Positions 9,444-18,766 of a stretch of 64,000 bases of DNA are shown here, one piece after another. Both the position numbers and the translations under genes were made by a program. The DNA lies in IMG/VR virus record IMGVR_UViG_3300028800_000001, positions 1 through 64,000 of that record. One strand, 5' to 3'. Each line of letters opens with the position of its first letter. Position 1 is the first letter of the stretch. The notes beneath the pieces are model-generated. The model did not search any database and was not told the DNA's origin. It saw nothing but the letters and a program-made list of their open reading frames with translations.

Positions 9444-9782
9444 TTAGCGACTTCCGCCAACGGTACGTGGAACAATAATTGTATGCGGTGCGGTGGTATC
9501 AAACTCACCTTTGTTGAGACGTTTGAGACCAACGGTCCCACCTTTTTCGGTGATTTCTTTGGCAGTGAAGACGGTGTTGCCGATGCTTTGGGCTTCGCTG
9601 ACCAAGCGCATTGCTTCACGCACCGCAGCCTGTCCTTCATCGTCAAGATAGTGCAGGGATTCGATGTCGTTAATCAGCGGATAGCTCAAACGCGTATCGC
9701 CAGACTTTCCAGTCACACGAAGTTCGGCAGTACCCAGGAGAATTCCCTCTGGAATAACTTTGTTTACTTTCTTACGTGGCAT
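9444..9782 (-). CDS. small protein with ubiquitin/ThiS-like C-terminal IIVPRTVGG(SR)
   Basis: C-terminal di-glycine motif preceded by hydrophobic strand; Ubl fold is inferred. Confidence 0.55.
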   Translation of the reverse strand: MPRKKVNKVIPEGILLGTAELRVTGKSGDTRLSYPLINDIESLHYLDDEGQAAVREAMRLVSEAQSIGNTVFTAKEITEKGGTVGLKRLNKGEFDTTAPHTIIVPRTVGGSR

Positions 9783-9860
9783 TTCTTTGTGTCCTTTCGG
9801 GAAGAATAAGAAGTACTCTTTTCCTTCTTATTCTTTTTGTCTTCTGAAAAAGCAGTAGTT

Positions 9861-10232
9861 TTACTGGGTGTTTCGGAACATCAAGCTAACATTTTGACCA
9901 GGGAAGAGGGTGCAGCTCAGGATGCGTGTCATCCCAAAACTGGTTGTATGAGAAACAAAACCTCCATGCACGCCATGACGCACCTTGATGTCGCGTGCCT
10001 CTTTGGCGATTTGCATCGTACCAGCAAAATCAGCATAACTCTCTTTGCTGCTGTAGGCATCTGCGATGAGCGAGGAGATATTGTAGGGCTCACCATCAAC
10101 CTCAACAAACACCTGATACTCGGTGTCAAAGATGCCAAACTCGACGCGTTTTGCTCCCATCCGGTGATACGTCAAAACGGTCTTGGAAGTGATCATACAT
10201 TGAAGTTGTTCAAAAGCAGTAGTCGTAATCAT
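9861..10232 (-). CDS. hypothetical protein
   Basis: 123 aa, RBS. Confidence 0.7.
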   Translation of the reverse strand: MITTTAFEQLQCMITSKTVLTYHRMGAKRVEFGIFDTEYQVFVEVDGEPYNISSLIADAYSSKESYADFAGTMQIAKEARDIKVRHGVHGGFVSHTTSFGMTRILSCTLFPGQNVSLMFRNTQ

Positions 10233-10242
10233 TCTTTTCCTT

Positions 10243-10494
10243 CTATTTGAGTTTCATAGCAACGGCAACGCCGTCAACAGCCCACTCAGGTAAGTGGGTA
10301 TATAAGTCTTGCAGGGTCACCATATCCGGTGTATTGACGACCTTGAGATGTTCAAAACAATGTGGACAAGGCTCTGCAAGATAATGGTGTACCGCAATAA
10401 TCGTGTCGATAACGCGATACAACTCTTCATTCGGACGTAAAAAGACAACGCCAATTGTACGGCACATTTCACATAACCAGACGTATTCTTGCAT
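10243..10494 (-). CDS. hypothetical Zn-ribbon protein
   Basis: CxxC...CxxC. Confidence 0.7.
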   Translation of the reverse strand: MQEYVWLCEMCRTIGVVFLRPNEELYRVIDTIIAVHHYLAEPCPHCFEHLKVVNTPDMVTLQDLYTHLPEWAVDGVAVAMKLK

Positions 10495-11184
10495 CTACAA
10501 CTCCCGCATCATAGTAAGAAGTGGCGCATATTCCACGTGCATGTATGCTATCTCTTCGCGAATTTGCATAAGCAAACTCTTGCGTGTCAAGCGGCCATGG
10601 AACTCCTTCTCAGGAGCTAATAGCGCCGCTTTCTCAGCGCTTTCTGCGCTATGGTGCATACCGCTGCCAAAGACCGCCTCTCCCGCTTCGTAGTGCGCTT
10701 CCGCGCTGGTATAGACGTAGGAACCATCATTTAAACGCACAATCCAGTGCCAGGAAGGTTCCTTTTCGGTAGCCTCAACTTCTGCCAGGATCGTGTCCAC
10801 GTCTTCCGCACTATACATGCGACCAATAGTATCCAGACAGGAGACCAGTGCATTATCAACAGCAATACGCTTTGCACCGGTTTTGAGCAGGGCAATCTCC
10901 AACTGCAAGGCTTCAACTTCACGCTTATGACGAGAATCATATTCCAAGATTGCGAAGATGTTCTCTGTCATGGCCTTGGAGGCCGCACGTGAGTCTTCGA
11001 TTTGCACGCCCAGATGCTTACTGTTCATGTCGCGCACCACGTGCTCTACTAGGTACCAAAGCGCATTTTCGATATAGCCAGGAAGTTCAAAGTAGGTTGG
11101 CTGATAGGTCTCGATATATTGCATGATTTGCGCCTTCATGCGCAAGACATTGTCTTGATACGGTGAGAGCAAATCGTCTTCCAT
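10495..11184 (-). CDS. hypothetical protein
   Basis: RBS AAGGAG before MEDDLL. Confidence 0.75.
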   Translation of the reverse strand: MEDDLLSPYQDNVLRMKAQIMQYIETYQPTYFELPGYIENALWYLVEHVVRDMNSKHLGVQIEDSRAASKAMTENIFAILEYDSRHKREVEALQLEIALLKTGAKRIAVDNALVSCLDTIGRMYSAEDVDTILAEVEATEKEPSWHWIVRLNDGSYVYTSAEAHYEAGEAVFGSGMHHSAESAEKAALLAPEKEFHGRLTRKSLLMQIREEIAYMHVEYAPLLTMMREL

Positions 11185-11194
11185 CGTGTTCTCC

Positions 11195-11530
11195 TTACAT
11201 AGAAAGTATGCTGTAATCGTGCTGATCAAGCGCACGACCAATCAGCGCAATACGATAATTTGGCTGCTCTTGGAGCGTGAGCGCAATGTGACTTTCTTCC
11301 TGCATGGCGAAGATGCCATCGTAGTAGAGACTTCTTGCGTTTACTATAGCTTCAATCCATTCTAAGAGCTCGCGAGCCAGCGCAATATCTTCTGGTGACC
11401 ATCCAGCCACCGCTTCACTGCCGCTGGGCATTTCTTTGAGCTCTTCGTCAAACTGTGCCAACGTCAGGTGCATCGCCTCATCGAAACTGAGGGTCTGCCC
11501 CTGTTCTAAGAGTTGTGTACTTGGACTCAT
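11195..11530 (-). CDS. hypothetical protein
   Basis: 111 aa, ATGA overlap. Confidence 0.7.
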   Translation of the reverse strand: MSPSTQLLEQGQTLSFDEAMHLTLAQFDEELKEMPSGSEAVAGWSPEDIALARELLEWIEAIVNARSLYYDGIFAMQEESHIALTLQEQPNYRIALIGRALDQHDYSILSM

Positions 11531-11841
11531 TCAGCAAAGCTCCAGTCGTGCGTAAAGACAATATAAGCCACGAGCAGCTCCCAATAGACACTTTCCGTCC
11601 AATAGCGCCGCTCATAACGCATGCCGCCCCTATGGTGTTCTGAGAGCCATGTACGTAGCTCCAATACCTTCTCCCAGGCCACGCTCACGGCGTATTCCAG
11701 GCTGGTCTCTAAACAGGAAGAAATAGTGCAGAGCGCATCTTTATAGGCTTCATCGCGTATACTTCTTACTGGACTATTCATCTTCTCTTCTGCAATGAAG
11801 TGATAATACGCAATCACTTCCTCCAGACTGTCATAGTACAT
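11527..11841 (-). CDS. hypothetical protein
   Basis: 104 aa, coupled to tmk. Confidence 0.7.
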   Translation of the reverse strand: MYYDSLEEVIAYYHFIAEEKMNSPVRSIRDEAYKDALCTISSCLETSLEYAVSVAWEKVLELRTWLSEHHRGGMRYERRYWTESVYWELLVAYIVFTHDWSFAE

Positions 11842-12451
11842 ATCCTTTTTCCTTTAGGTATGAATAAGCAATAACTATGATGATATCGTGCAAGTCTTCT
11901 CTTGAGCGCGTGGCGTCCAGCACAAGTAGTCGTTTTGGGTGCTCTTTGGCGTATTCAAGATAGAGTGCACGTGTTTTCTGGTGCACTTCTAGCTCTCTTG
12001 TTTCGAAGCGGTCACCACTGGTTGTGTAGCGTTTTGCCGGATCTAGATCAAGCAGAAACGTAAGATCGGGTCGGAGACCATCACTTGCGAGCAACGAGAG
12101 CGCTTCAGCAAGACCGGTTCCTATTTTCTGGCCCTGATACACCACACTTGAGTCATAAAAGCGATCTGTAATGACGTGTGTACCGTTTGCAAGCGCAGGT
12201 AAGATCACTTTTTCAACATGCTCTGCACGTGCGGCCTGAAACAAGAAGGACTCAGCCAGTGCCGCAGGCTCATGTGCTTCAAGTAGTACAGTGCGTAGCT
12301 TTTCGCCAAAGGGTGTGCCTCCTGGCTCACGGGTACACAGGCAAGAGAGATGCTGGTGGGTAAACCACGCTTCAAGCAGTGCCACCTGTGTACTCTTGCC
12401 GGTACCATCAATTCCCTCGAAAGAAAAGAATACTCCCCTTTTCACAGTCAT
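11831..12451 (-). CDS. tmk: thymidylate kinase
   Basis: P-loop EGIDGTGKST, TREPGGT, DRF..S...YQG, PDLTFLLD. Confidence 0.95.
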   Translation of the reverse strand: MTVKRGVFFSFEGIDGTGKSTQVALLEAWFTHQHLSCLCTREPGGTPFGEKLRTVLLEAHEPAALAESFLFQAARAEHVEKVILPALANGTHVITDRFYDSSVVYQGQKIGTGLAEALSLLASDGLRPDLTFLLDLDPAKRYTTSGDRFETRELEVHQKTRALYLEYAKEHPKRLLVLDATRSREDLHDIIIVIAYSYLKEKGYVL

Positions 12452-12456
12452 CTCCT

Positions 12457-12912
12457 TTAGCTATCAAACCAGACAACAAGCCGACAATAGCAGGGGCGCA
12501 CGATAGGATCGTAATAGGCGTCACGGCCTTCGTCTTCAAAAACCGAAGTATCAGGCGTAAAGTGCCCGTTGAGATAAAACATCATCAAGATGAGTAACTT
12601 CCAACCCTGCGGATACTCGATATCATTTTGCGTGGCGAGAATCTCTTTGAAACTAATCCAGGTAGGATCATCTCCAATTTCACGTTTGGCGTAGTCTCCA
12701 TGTTCGTAGCGAAAGAGAGAAATGTCTGCGTCATCAGGAATGCCACGGTCTGCCGCAACAGGCACATAGTGCTCATAGTTGCGCACACCAAAGAGCCGCG
12801 CAAACACATCATAGTTACGACCGGCAAGCGGTGAAATGTCCATGATTTTCTGCCAGCGTGTTGACCAGGGGTAGGGCACAATTTCAATGTGCCCATGAAT
12901 ATCAGTACCCAT
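12457..12912 (-). CDS. conserved phage hypothetical protein, paralog of 56721-57224
   Basis: MGTDIH..RNY..F..LFGVR..RG.P..RLVVWFD. Confidence 0.8.
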   Translation of the reverse strand: MGTDIHGHIEIVPYPWSTRWQKIMDISPLAGRNYDVFARLFGVRNYEHYVPVAADRGIPDDADISLFRYEHGDYAKREIGDDPTWISFKEILATQNDIEYPQGWKLLILMMFYLNGHFTPDTSVFEDEGRDAYYDPIVRPCYCRLVVWFDS

Positions 12913-13177
12913 AGGTTGTACCCTCTCTGTTGAGCGGAGACAGCGTTGTTGTCCACTGCGGGTTGGTGAGGAAATTGTAGAGGTCTTGGTACTGTGGCTC
13001 TTCAGGGAAAGTTAGAAAGGGCTCCTTGCCACAACCAACGAACCAGACCGCGATAGCGTCTTTGATCTCGTCGTACTCTTCGTCCTCATCTTTTTGGTAG
13101 TGCACATCAAAGTGTGCGATCTGATGCGGCGCATAGCCTTCGCCGTTAAACAATAGAAAGAAATGCTGCGGGAGCAT
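12902..13177 (-). CDS. hypothetical protein
   Basis: RBS AAGGAG before MLPQHFF. Confidence 0.65.
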   Translation of the reverse strand: MLPQHFFLLFNGEGYAPHQIAHFDVHYQKDEDEEYDEIKDAIAVWFVGCGKEPFLTFPEEPQYQDLYNFLTNPQWTTTLSPLNREGTTYGY

Positions 13178-13376
13178 AGGTTTTTTCTCCTTGCTGTAGC
13201 TGTAGATAGATGGCGTATGCCACCTGATGAAAATCAGAGAGTGTTTTAGTGTACGCTTCCTGGGCAGTGACGCCAAGTGAAGATTTATAAAAGCGGTACA
13301 TACCAAGCACCGCTCGCTGCTGTAAATCGCTCAGGCCACAGGTAAGAATAATCGTATAAATCGTCGCTTCGTCCAT
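13146..13376 (-). CDS. hypothetical protein
   Basis: 76 aa. Confidence 0.6.
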   Translation of the reverse strand: MDEATIYTIILTCGLSDLQQRAVLGMYRFYKSSLGVTAQEAYTKTLSDFHQVAYAIYLQLQQGEKTYAPAAFLSIV

Positions 13377-13378
13377 TA

Positions 13379-13687
13379 CTAGAATTTTTTAACTACCTTT
13401 CCATGCTCGCCCAAACGCTTATAGAGCTCCATGTCGTAATCTTCTTCGCTGTGCTCTCTTTGTTCCACCATCGCAATTATTTTGGCCCATCCAGGTTGCG
13501 TGGGGATAGCGGTAAAAGAGAGCACACGCTTGATATAACAGGTGTGCTTGTTGACCATACCGGAGCCCCAGGCTTGTGTATAGGTGACCGTTGAGGTGTT
13601 CGGCAGGCTTCCCAGCCAGTGTGCTGCGACTTCTGCATTAAAATCACTGGAGACGAGACACACTATTTCGTATTCTTCTTCTGCCAT
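13379..13687 (-). CDS. hypothetical protein
   Basis: 102 aa. Confidence 0.7.
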   Translation of the reverse strand: MAEEEYEIVCLVSSDFNAEVAAHWLGSLPNTSTVTYTQAWGSGMVNKHTCYIKRVLSFTAIPTQPGWAKIIAMVEQREHSEEDYDMELYKRLGEHGKVVKKF

Positions 13688-14172
13688 AGTTTATTCTCTT
13701 TTCTTTGCATGTATAACTTGTATTCTGAAAGCAGCGCAAGCACTTCACGGTAAATGGGACTTATTTCTGCGCAATAGCGTAGCCAAAAGCGCAGCGTTTC
13801 CTCTGTTGTGTATTTCTCAAGCGCCTCCAAAATAGTTCTATAAATGCCCTGTTCAGGCGTACCATAGGTGTTCTTTATTTCCTCATAACCATACCAGACG
13901 ATGAGCCAGTGTTTAAAAACACTCCACTCCGGTAGCATCAAGCGGTACAACCATTGTGGAAGAAAGGGTGCATCACGGCGTACACTAGAAGGAATCTGCT
14001 CATAAAAATCAGCCAGGATTTCGTTTATCTCTTGGCGATTAAGTAGCCGATCATAGGGACGCCAGCCTTGCTGAGCATGATACTTCTGTACGGCGTATTC
14101 ATCCTCGCCTTTGGCTCTGATCAGAATATCTTCTTGGTAGCTATATAGCGCTTTGCGCATGTCTTCAAACAC
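13663..14172 (-). CDS. hypothetical protein
   Basis: 169 aa. Confidence 0.7.
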   Translation of the reverse strand: MFEDMRKALYSYQEDILIRAKGEDEYAVQKYHAQQGWRPYDRLLNRQEINEILADFYEQIPSSVRRDAPFLPQWLYRLMLPEWSVFKHWLIVWYGYEEIKNTYGTPEQGIYRTILEALEKYTTEETLRFWLRYCAEISPIYREVLALLSEYKLYMQRKENKLWQKKNTK

Positions 14173-14563
14173 ACTCGGTTTCCTTTGCTGGCCGCGCTAC
14201 AATATGTGTGAGATGCAGCGTTGGGTGCTGTTTTTGAAATGCTCTTTTTGCAGCTTCTCTATTGGGAGCGCTGATAATTTCTGGCACAACCGCTTTGCCG
14301 CCTCGTTTGGCTTTGGCTTGCGCCAGACTCATACAGGCCCAACGCCGCTGACCATCAACGCCAATGTTGTCGAGCGCGTACAGACGGATTGCTCGGATCT
14401 GGCTGATCGTGAGATATTCGTCGTCGTAATACTTATCGCCAAGCGCCTTAAAACGCATGACGCGCCACTCGTCTTCAAAATCTTCGTAAAATTTGAGCCC
14501 CGCGTCGCTGTATGCGTCGTTGAGCTCTTTTTTAACTTGTTTGAGCAGATCCGCTTTTTTCAT
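14165..14563 (-). CDS. hypothetical protein
   Basis: 132 aa, coupled. Confidence 0.7.
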   Translation of the reverse strand: MKKADLLKQVKKELNDAYSDAGLKFYEDFEDEWRVMRFKALGDKYYDDEYLTISQIRAIRLYALDNIGVDGQRRWACMSLAQAKAKRGGKAVVPEIISAPNREAAKRAFQKQHPTLHLTHIVARPAKETECV

Positions 14564-14862
14564 TATTTTACGCCTGCAATCTTTTTGGCCTGCGCAAGAA
14601 GCAACTGAAGGTCGAGCATTGAAGCGGTCTTGCCTTCGATTTTTTCGCCCACCTTGAAGTCAATCCAGAGATTTGGGGTGGAACGTCCATATGGATCGTA
14701 ATCCATACCGATGTAGGTGATAGGACAGAAAACAACCGCGCCGTCAATCGTGCGTGCCAGCGTTAACTCTTTGCCGTCGCGCAGCATCAACGTAATTCCT
14801 AAATAGAATTTAATCATCGGATGATTTTTGGTAACTCTGCCGTCTCTCGTATAACCCTTCAT
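14563..14862 (-). CDS. hypothetical protein
   Basis: RBS AAGGAG before MKGYTR, first gene after promoter. Confidence 0.7.
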   Translation of the reverse strand: MKGYTRDGRVTKNHPMIKFYLGITLMLRDGKELTLARTIDGAVVFCPITYIGMDYDPYGRSTPNLWIDFKVGEKIEGKTASMLDLQLLLAQAKKIAGVK

Positions 14863-14903
14863 TGCTTTTCTCCTTGAATTATTTTTTCTCTTCAACACTC
14901 CTA

Positions 14904-14959
14904 AGTATACGGCAGCTCTTACCAAAAGACAAGCGTTTCTTCTATGAATATTCAGAAAT
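14904..14959 (-). promoter_or_regulatory. class I promoter + palindromic box
   Basis: TTGTCT-17-TATACT; box centre 14954, 22 nt from -35. Confidence 0.8.
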
Positions 14960-15061
14960 AAAAAAGACAACGCGAAGACGGGAAGGAGGGAATGTGGAAT
15001 TAATTATTTTTTCGTGATGCGGGGGAAATTATTTTTTAAAATTAATTAATTATTTGGAGGC

Positions 15062-15090
15062 AAAAGAAAAACGGGTACATCCCGTTTTCC
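15062..15090 (-). terminator. intrinsic terminator
   Basis: Plus-strand AAAACGGG/CCCGTTTT stem with T-rich tail on the minus strand. Confidence 0.65.
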
Positions 15091-15100
15091 TGTGCTGTGA

Positions 15101-15490
15101 TTAGACAAACACTTGTGTGGTCGCATCCTTTGCGGTGATCGCAAGTGGATGATCCAATTGTGCTGCGGTTTCTTTTGTGGTAAGAGTGACAGGGCGTTTG
15201 AGGCGATCTAGCACGCGCTGTGCGCGACTGGTTCCGTTTACCCGATTGTAGTTGTCAGTCCGTACCCATTCGCCTTCGGAGAAGTCCAGGTACAACTTTC
15301 TGCCACACCATTCTCCAACGTACCCCTTGCCGGTTTGCAGCAAGTCTTTGGCCTGCTCAATCGACATTCGGTCGCACTCTTTGCAAAAGCGCTCATGGGG
15401 CGTCTTGCAATGATGCTCTGCGGCTTCAAACAAAGCGCTGAGAACCACCGCTTGCTTCATGAGGTCTTGTTCCACACGAATACTACTCAT
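15101..15490 (-). CDS. hypothetical phage protein
   Basis: RBS TAAGGAG; G.VGEW.GR.LYLD...D.YNR.NG. Confidence 0.7.
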   Translation of the reverse strand: MSSIRVEQDLMKQAVVLSALFEAAEHHCKTPHERFCKECDRMSIEQAKDLLQTGKGYVGEWCGRKLYLDFSEGEWVRTDNYNRVNGTSRAQRVLDRLKRPVTLTTKETAAQLDHPLAITAKDATTQVFV

Positions 15491-15849
15491 AGAAAAAAGC
15501 TCCTTAGATACCATAGAGGGTGCTCCCAGACTCATTCCAGGCGCACCCTTACAACGTTTGCCAAATTATTTATTACTTCTGCGTTAATCATACCTTGTAT
15601 ATGGAAAAAAATCAACCAACCAACTAGTCAAACGGCATCGTTTCTTCAATTTTCTTCCAAAGCTTGAAGCGCTCTTGTTTTTCTTCCTGGTGTGCGCGGT
15701 CTCGATCTCGTTGTTCATGTACCTCAATCCAGATGGTTCCAAGAAAAAATAGAAAGCAAAGAATAATAAATGCGTACAGGTGGAATTCCCTCCTCTCGTT
15801 TCAAGTTCCCAGTACTTGAAACGAAGAAAGGTGGAAAAAAGTACCGTGC

Positions 15850-16512
15850 TTAGCGTCTTTGGATGTGATCTTCGATATATTGAGCCAGGAAGGCGAAGTT
15901 TTCTTCGACCGATCCATCGCGGTAGAGTTGTTCCATAGGACGATCAAAGAGCGCAGAGGTTGCAATGAAACTATATCCAGCCTTATTGTAATATTCTCCT
16001 TTTCCATGTTCTACAGTAAGGAAAGCGACCAATAGCCCAAAACGTTCTGGCGATTCTGCGCGGGTAATAAAGAGGCCGAATCCAGTTTGATACCCTTCAT
16101 CGTTGGTGTACTCCACTTCTTGCCCACGCAAGATATAGGTTTCATTGTTACTCAGGGTAATGCTTGTCATTTTCTTTTCCTCTTTCACTTCTTTGGTGCC
16201 ATAATATCGCTCTGTTTTTATTGCGACGTTAAAAACTGCATAACTCAAATCCCACAATCCAGTGCCACTGATGTTCTCGTCCATAAGAGAGTGAATGGTG
16301 ACGACCGCATTCTCCCAGGAAGGGCCATAGTCATTTTTGTCTCCATGATAGCAAGTAAACAAGGCGACAACCTCACCTTTTTCTTTTCCTGGCGTGCAGC
16401 GTTCAACTGTGTAGCCAGAGCCAAAGACATCGCCGCATTCATCAATACTGGTCACGGGGGTGCCGACGAGCTGGTAGAAGACGCCATGCGCGAATTCAAT
16501 TTTCGTAATCAT
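15850..16512 (-). CDS. hypothetical protein, apparent in-frame fusion of two genes
   Basis: Internal RBS GAGG plus in-frame ATG at 16170. Confidence 0.65.
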   Translation of the reverse strand: MITKIEFAHGVFYQLVGTPVTSIDECGDVFGSGYTVERCTPGKEKGEVVALFTCYHGDKNDYGPSWENAVVTIHSLMDENISGTGLWDLSYAVFNVAIKTERYYGTKEVKEEKKMTSITLSNNETYILRGQEVEYTNDEGYQTGFGLFITRAESPERFGLLVAFLTVEHGKGEYYNKAGYSFIATSALFDRPMEQLYRDGSVEENFAFLAQYIEDHIQRR

Positions 16513-16526
16513 ATTTTTCTCCTTTC

Positions 16527-16814
16527 TTATTCGCCAAGTGGCAAAACATAGACACATTCAAACGCATGCATAAAGCAGAGACAGACCGTGTCAATGCCAG
16601 GGTAGTCTTCGTCTTCGCTATGAATGAAGTCGTAACGCACGACGCATTCCGCCACGTAGTCTTCAAGTGGCGAATGGGTCTGCCCATCTGGGATAATGCT
16701 CGAAAGCAGGCCATCGCCGTATTTGCTATAACGACGAAGATGTTGAAAGTAAATACGTTTTGCCACCAGGACTGCCTCTGAGGTGGCGTGCATAAGTCCA
16801 TAATCAGTTGCCAT
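16527..16814 (-). CDS. hypothetical protein
   Basis: 95 aa. Confidence 0.7.
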   Translation of the reverse strand: MATDYGLMHATSEAVLVAKRIYFQHLRRYSKYGDGLLSSIIPDGQTHSPLEDYVAECVVRYDFIHSEDEDYPGIDTVCLCFMHAFECVYVLPLGE

Positions 16815-17007
16815 TGCCTACTCCTATTCCGCAAATCGGTTGATACATCAGTTCATTATCAATCTGGTAAATCTCTCGAAACACAATGCTTCCGCTACAT
16901 TTCTCGCTTGCCAGCGTGATCGCCTTCCCTTCATTTTCAGCACAGAACTTATACAAAAGTAGATGTTTCTTTTTTCGATCTTCCAAGATGATCAGGTACG
17001 TATTCAT
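16804..17007 (-). CDS. small beta-rich family protein (AENEG motif)
   Basis: MNTYLIILE...CAENEGKA. Confidence 0.7.
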   Translation of the reverse strand: MNTYLIILEDRKKKHLLLYKFCAENEGKAITLASEKCSGSIVFREIYQIDNELMYQPICGIGVGNGN

Positions 17008-17027
17008 AAAATCTCCCTAAATTTTCT

Positions 17028-17288
17028 TCATGATGCAAGTTTCCTTTTGTTGTGAAAGACGCTCGCACGCAGTTGCGCATCTTTGAGCGAAACACTACAA
17101 ATAGCATCGATAGTCTCGTTTGCGTTGACGCCGTATACCGTGTCTCCAGGCCGCAGCGCAGGGTTACTTGACTCTGCGATAAGTTTCTTGAGTTCCAGGC
17201 GTGCTTCAGTCACATTCCTGGCATTTTTTATGAACACAATCTCCATCGTGCCATTGGCGTCGTCAAATGCGAAAGCAAGATACTTCAT
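17028..17288 (-). CDS. small hypothetical protein
   Basis: RBS GGAG, 86 aa. Confidence 0.7.
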   Translation of the reverse strand: MKYLAFAFDDANGTMEIVFIKNARNVTEARLELKKLIAESSNPALRPGDTVYGVNANETIDAICSVSLKDAQLRASVFHNKRKLAS

Positions 17289-17416
17289 TCGTGTTCTCCT
17301 CTGAGTACTTCAACGACCTTCCCTGTGGTAAGGGTAAAGAGTGCCCGTTGCAGGCGTGCTTTGATGTCTTTTTTCTGCTCGAAAACTGCTGAGCGAAAGG
17401 CGTGGAAGTCCAGCAT
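17285..17416 (-). CDS. small hypothetical protein
   Basis: RBS AGGAG before MLDFHAF, 43 aa. Confidence 0.55.
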   Translation of the reverse strand: MLDFHAFRSAVFEQKKDIKARLQRALFTLTTGKVVEVLRGEHE

Positions 17417-17426
17417 AGTTTTTCTC

Positions 17427-17651
17427 CTATCTGACAGTGACAATTTCTTGCAGAATGTTGTCGTCCTCGACGGCGACAATGTTGCGGATAGCAATCTGTA
17501 CTCGTTTTTCTCGGTAGGTTTTCATGACGAGCCCAAGTGCCGCGCCTTCATTTTCAGCGCGCACATAGATGACCATCATAGGAGTATGCGAGAAGAGGGA
17601 AGTTGTCGTTACGCCTTCCTCTTTATTCACGAGAACGATATAAATGTGCAT
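17427..17651 (-). CDS. small beta-rich family protein (AENEG motif)
   Basis: MHIYIVLV...RAENEGAA. Confidence 0.7.
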   Translation of the reverse strand: MHIYIVLVNKEEGVTTTSLFSHTPMMVIYVRAENEGAALGLVMKTYREKRVQIAIRNIVAVEDDNILQEIVTVR

Positions 17652-17666
17652 TGTTTTTCTTCTTTC

Positions 17667-18272
17667 TTAGTAAAAATTCTTCTTACAAAAGCGACAGGTG
17701 TATGTTCCATCGCTGGTCTGATCCTGAGTGATATACCAACTAAAGCCGTCTTCACCCATATCTAATTGATTGATTTTGCCCATATGTGCTTTGCAGTAGA
17801 TGTAGTCTTGTCCATTAATATGCGCTATGGCTCCGATAATCGCTGCAACCGGCTCGTTTACGTACCCTTCTGCCATCGACTCCTCGACTGGCTCCACGTG
17901 TACTGCGGGTGGATGCGAGGTATCTCTTGGCGCATAGTTCTCATCTGGGCCATCCAGTCGTAACAGGTCGGTCGGCTTCTCCCTGTAACATTCAATATCA
18001 ACAATATCGGGGTCGTTACCAGGAATAAGCTCACCCTCCGGTGTCTCCAGAGAAATGCGCACCGCGTCATTCCAGAAGCGCAGTTCTTCTTTGTTGCGTA
18101 CACGCACGCGCAGCTTGACGGTATGCACCTGTGTAAGTTCATAAATGAACTCTTTCTTCGGGCGTTCTAAGACGCCTGCGTAGGCCGGTGCTTGGATTTG
18201 CCGTTGGTCTTGCCCTTCTAATCTTTCCACCTGCCAGTGTCGAAACTCTTTCCACATTTTAAATGGATTCAT
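17667..18272 (-). CDS. hypothetical protein with C-terminal Zn-finger-like motif
   Basis: CKAH...CRFC. Confidence 0.75.
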   Translation of the reverse strand: MNPFKMWKEFRHWQVERLEGQDQRQIQAPAYAGVLERPKKEFIYELTQVHTVKLRVRVRNKEELRFWNDAVRISLETPEGELIPGNDPDIVDIECYREKPTDLLRLDGPDENYAPRDTSHPPAVHVEPVEESMAEGYVNEPVAAIIGAIAHINGQDYIYCKAHMGKINQLDMGEDGFSWYITQDQTSDGTYTCRFCKKNFY

Positions 18273-18362
18273 AGTAGTCCTTATTTTTTAGCTAAAAAAT
18301 GATTGAGAAAATAAAGGTGAGAAGAAACGCACTGGCGACAACGTTTCTTCTCACGCGTGGAC

Positions 18363-18659
18363 TTAGGCAACCGCAGCCGTTTTATTGGCCGCGTGAATAC
18401 CTTGTACCACGAGATCAACGGCAAAGATGCGCGTGCGAAGCTGTGCGTTTGTCCAGCCCTCTTTGTTCATGTTCTCTAACCAAGCGCGGTGGTGGACAAA
18501 TAAGTAGTCCATGACCAAACCCCAGGCAACGGTTCTGTGCTGGTTGGTGACGCTATGCGTAGAGGCATAGGTTTGTCCGAGTAGAATGAAAGTCTGCGAA
18601 AATCTCTTGATCTGTCCAATAGTGAAAGTGTTGAGCGTCTTTTCTGCTTTGGTTCTCAT
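18363..18659 (-). CDS. hypothetical helical protein adjacent to the array
   Basis: RBS GAGGAG before MRTKAE. Confidence 0.7.
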   Translation of the reverse strand: MRTKAEKTLNTFTIGQIKRFSQTFILLGQTYASTHSVTNQHRTVAWGLVMDYLFVHHRAWLENMNKEGWTNAQLRTRIFAVDLVVQGIHAANKTAAVA

Positions 18660-18701
18660 GTATTTTTCTCCTCTTTCTTTGGTGAAACATCCTATGCAAC
18701 A

Positions 18702-18757
18702 ATCATAGGCCATTTTCTGAAAAACGTCAAGACTTTTTTCTGTGAATATTCAGAAAG
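18702..18757 (-). promoter_or_regulatory. class I promoter with a second box inside the -35/-10 spacer
   Basis: TTGACG-17-TATGAT; box centre 18752 (22 nt); extra TTTTCTGAAAA at 18713-18723. Confidence 0.8.
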
Positions 18758-18766
18758 GAGAAAAAT

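Noticed and set aside
1101-14977. 13-bp repeat AGACAACGCGAAG at 1101-1113 and 14965-14977
   Set aside because: Two copies only, one inside a CDS; not far beyond chance in 64 kb.
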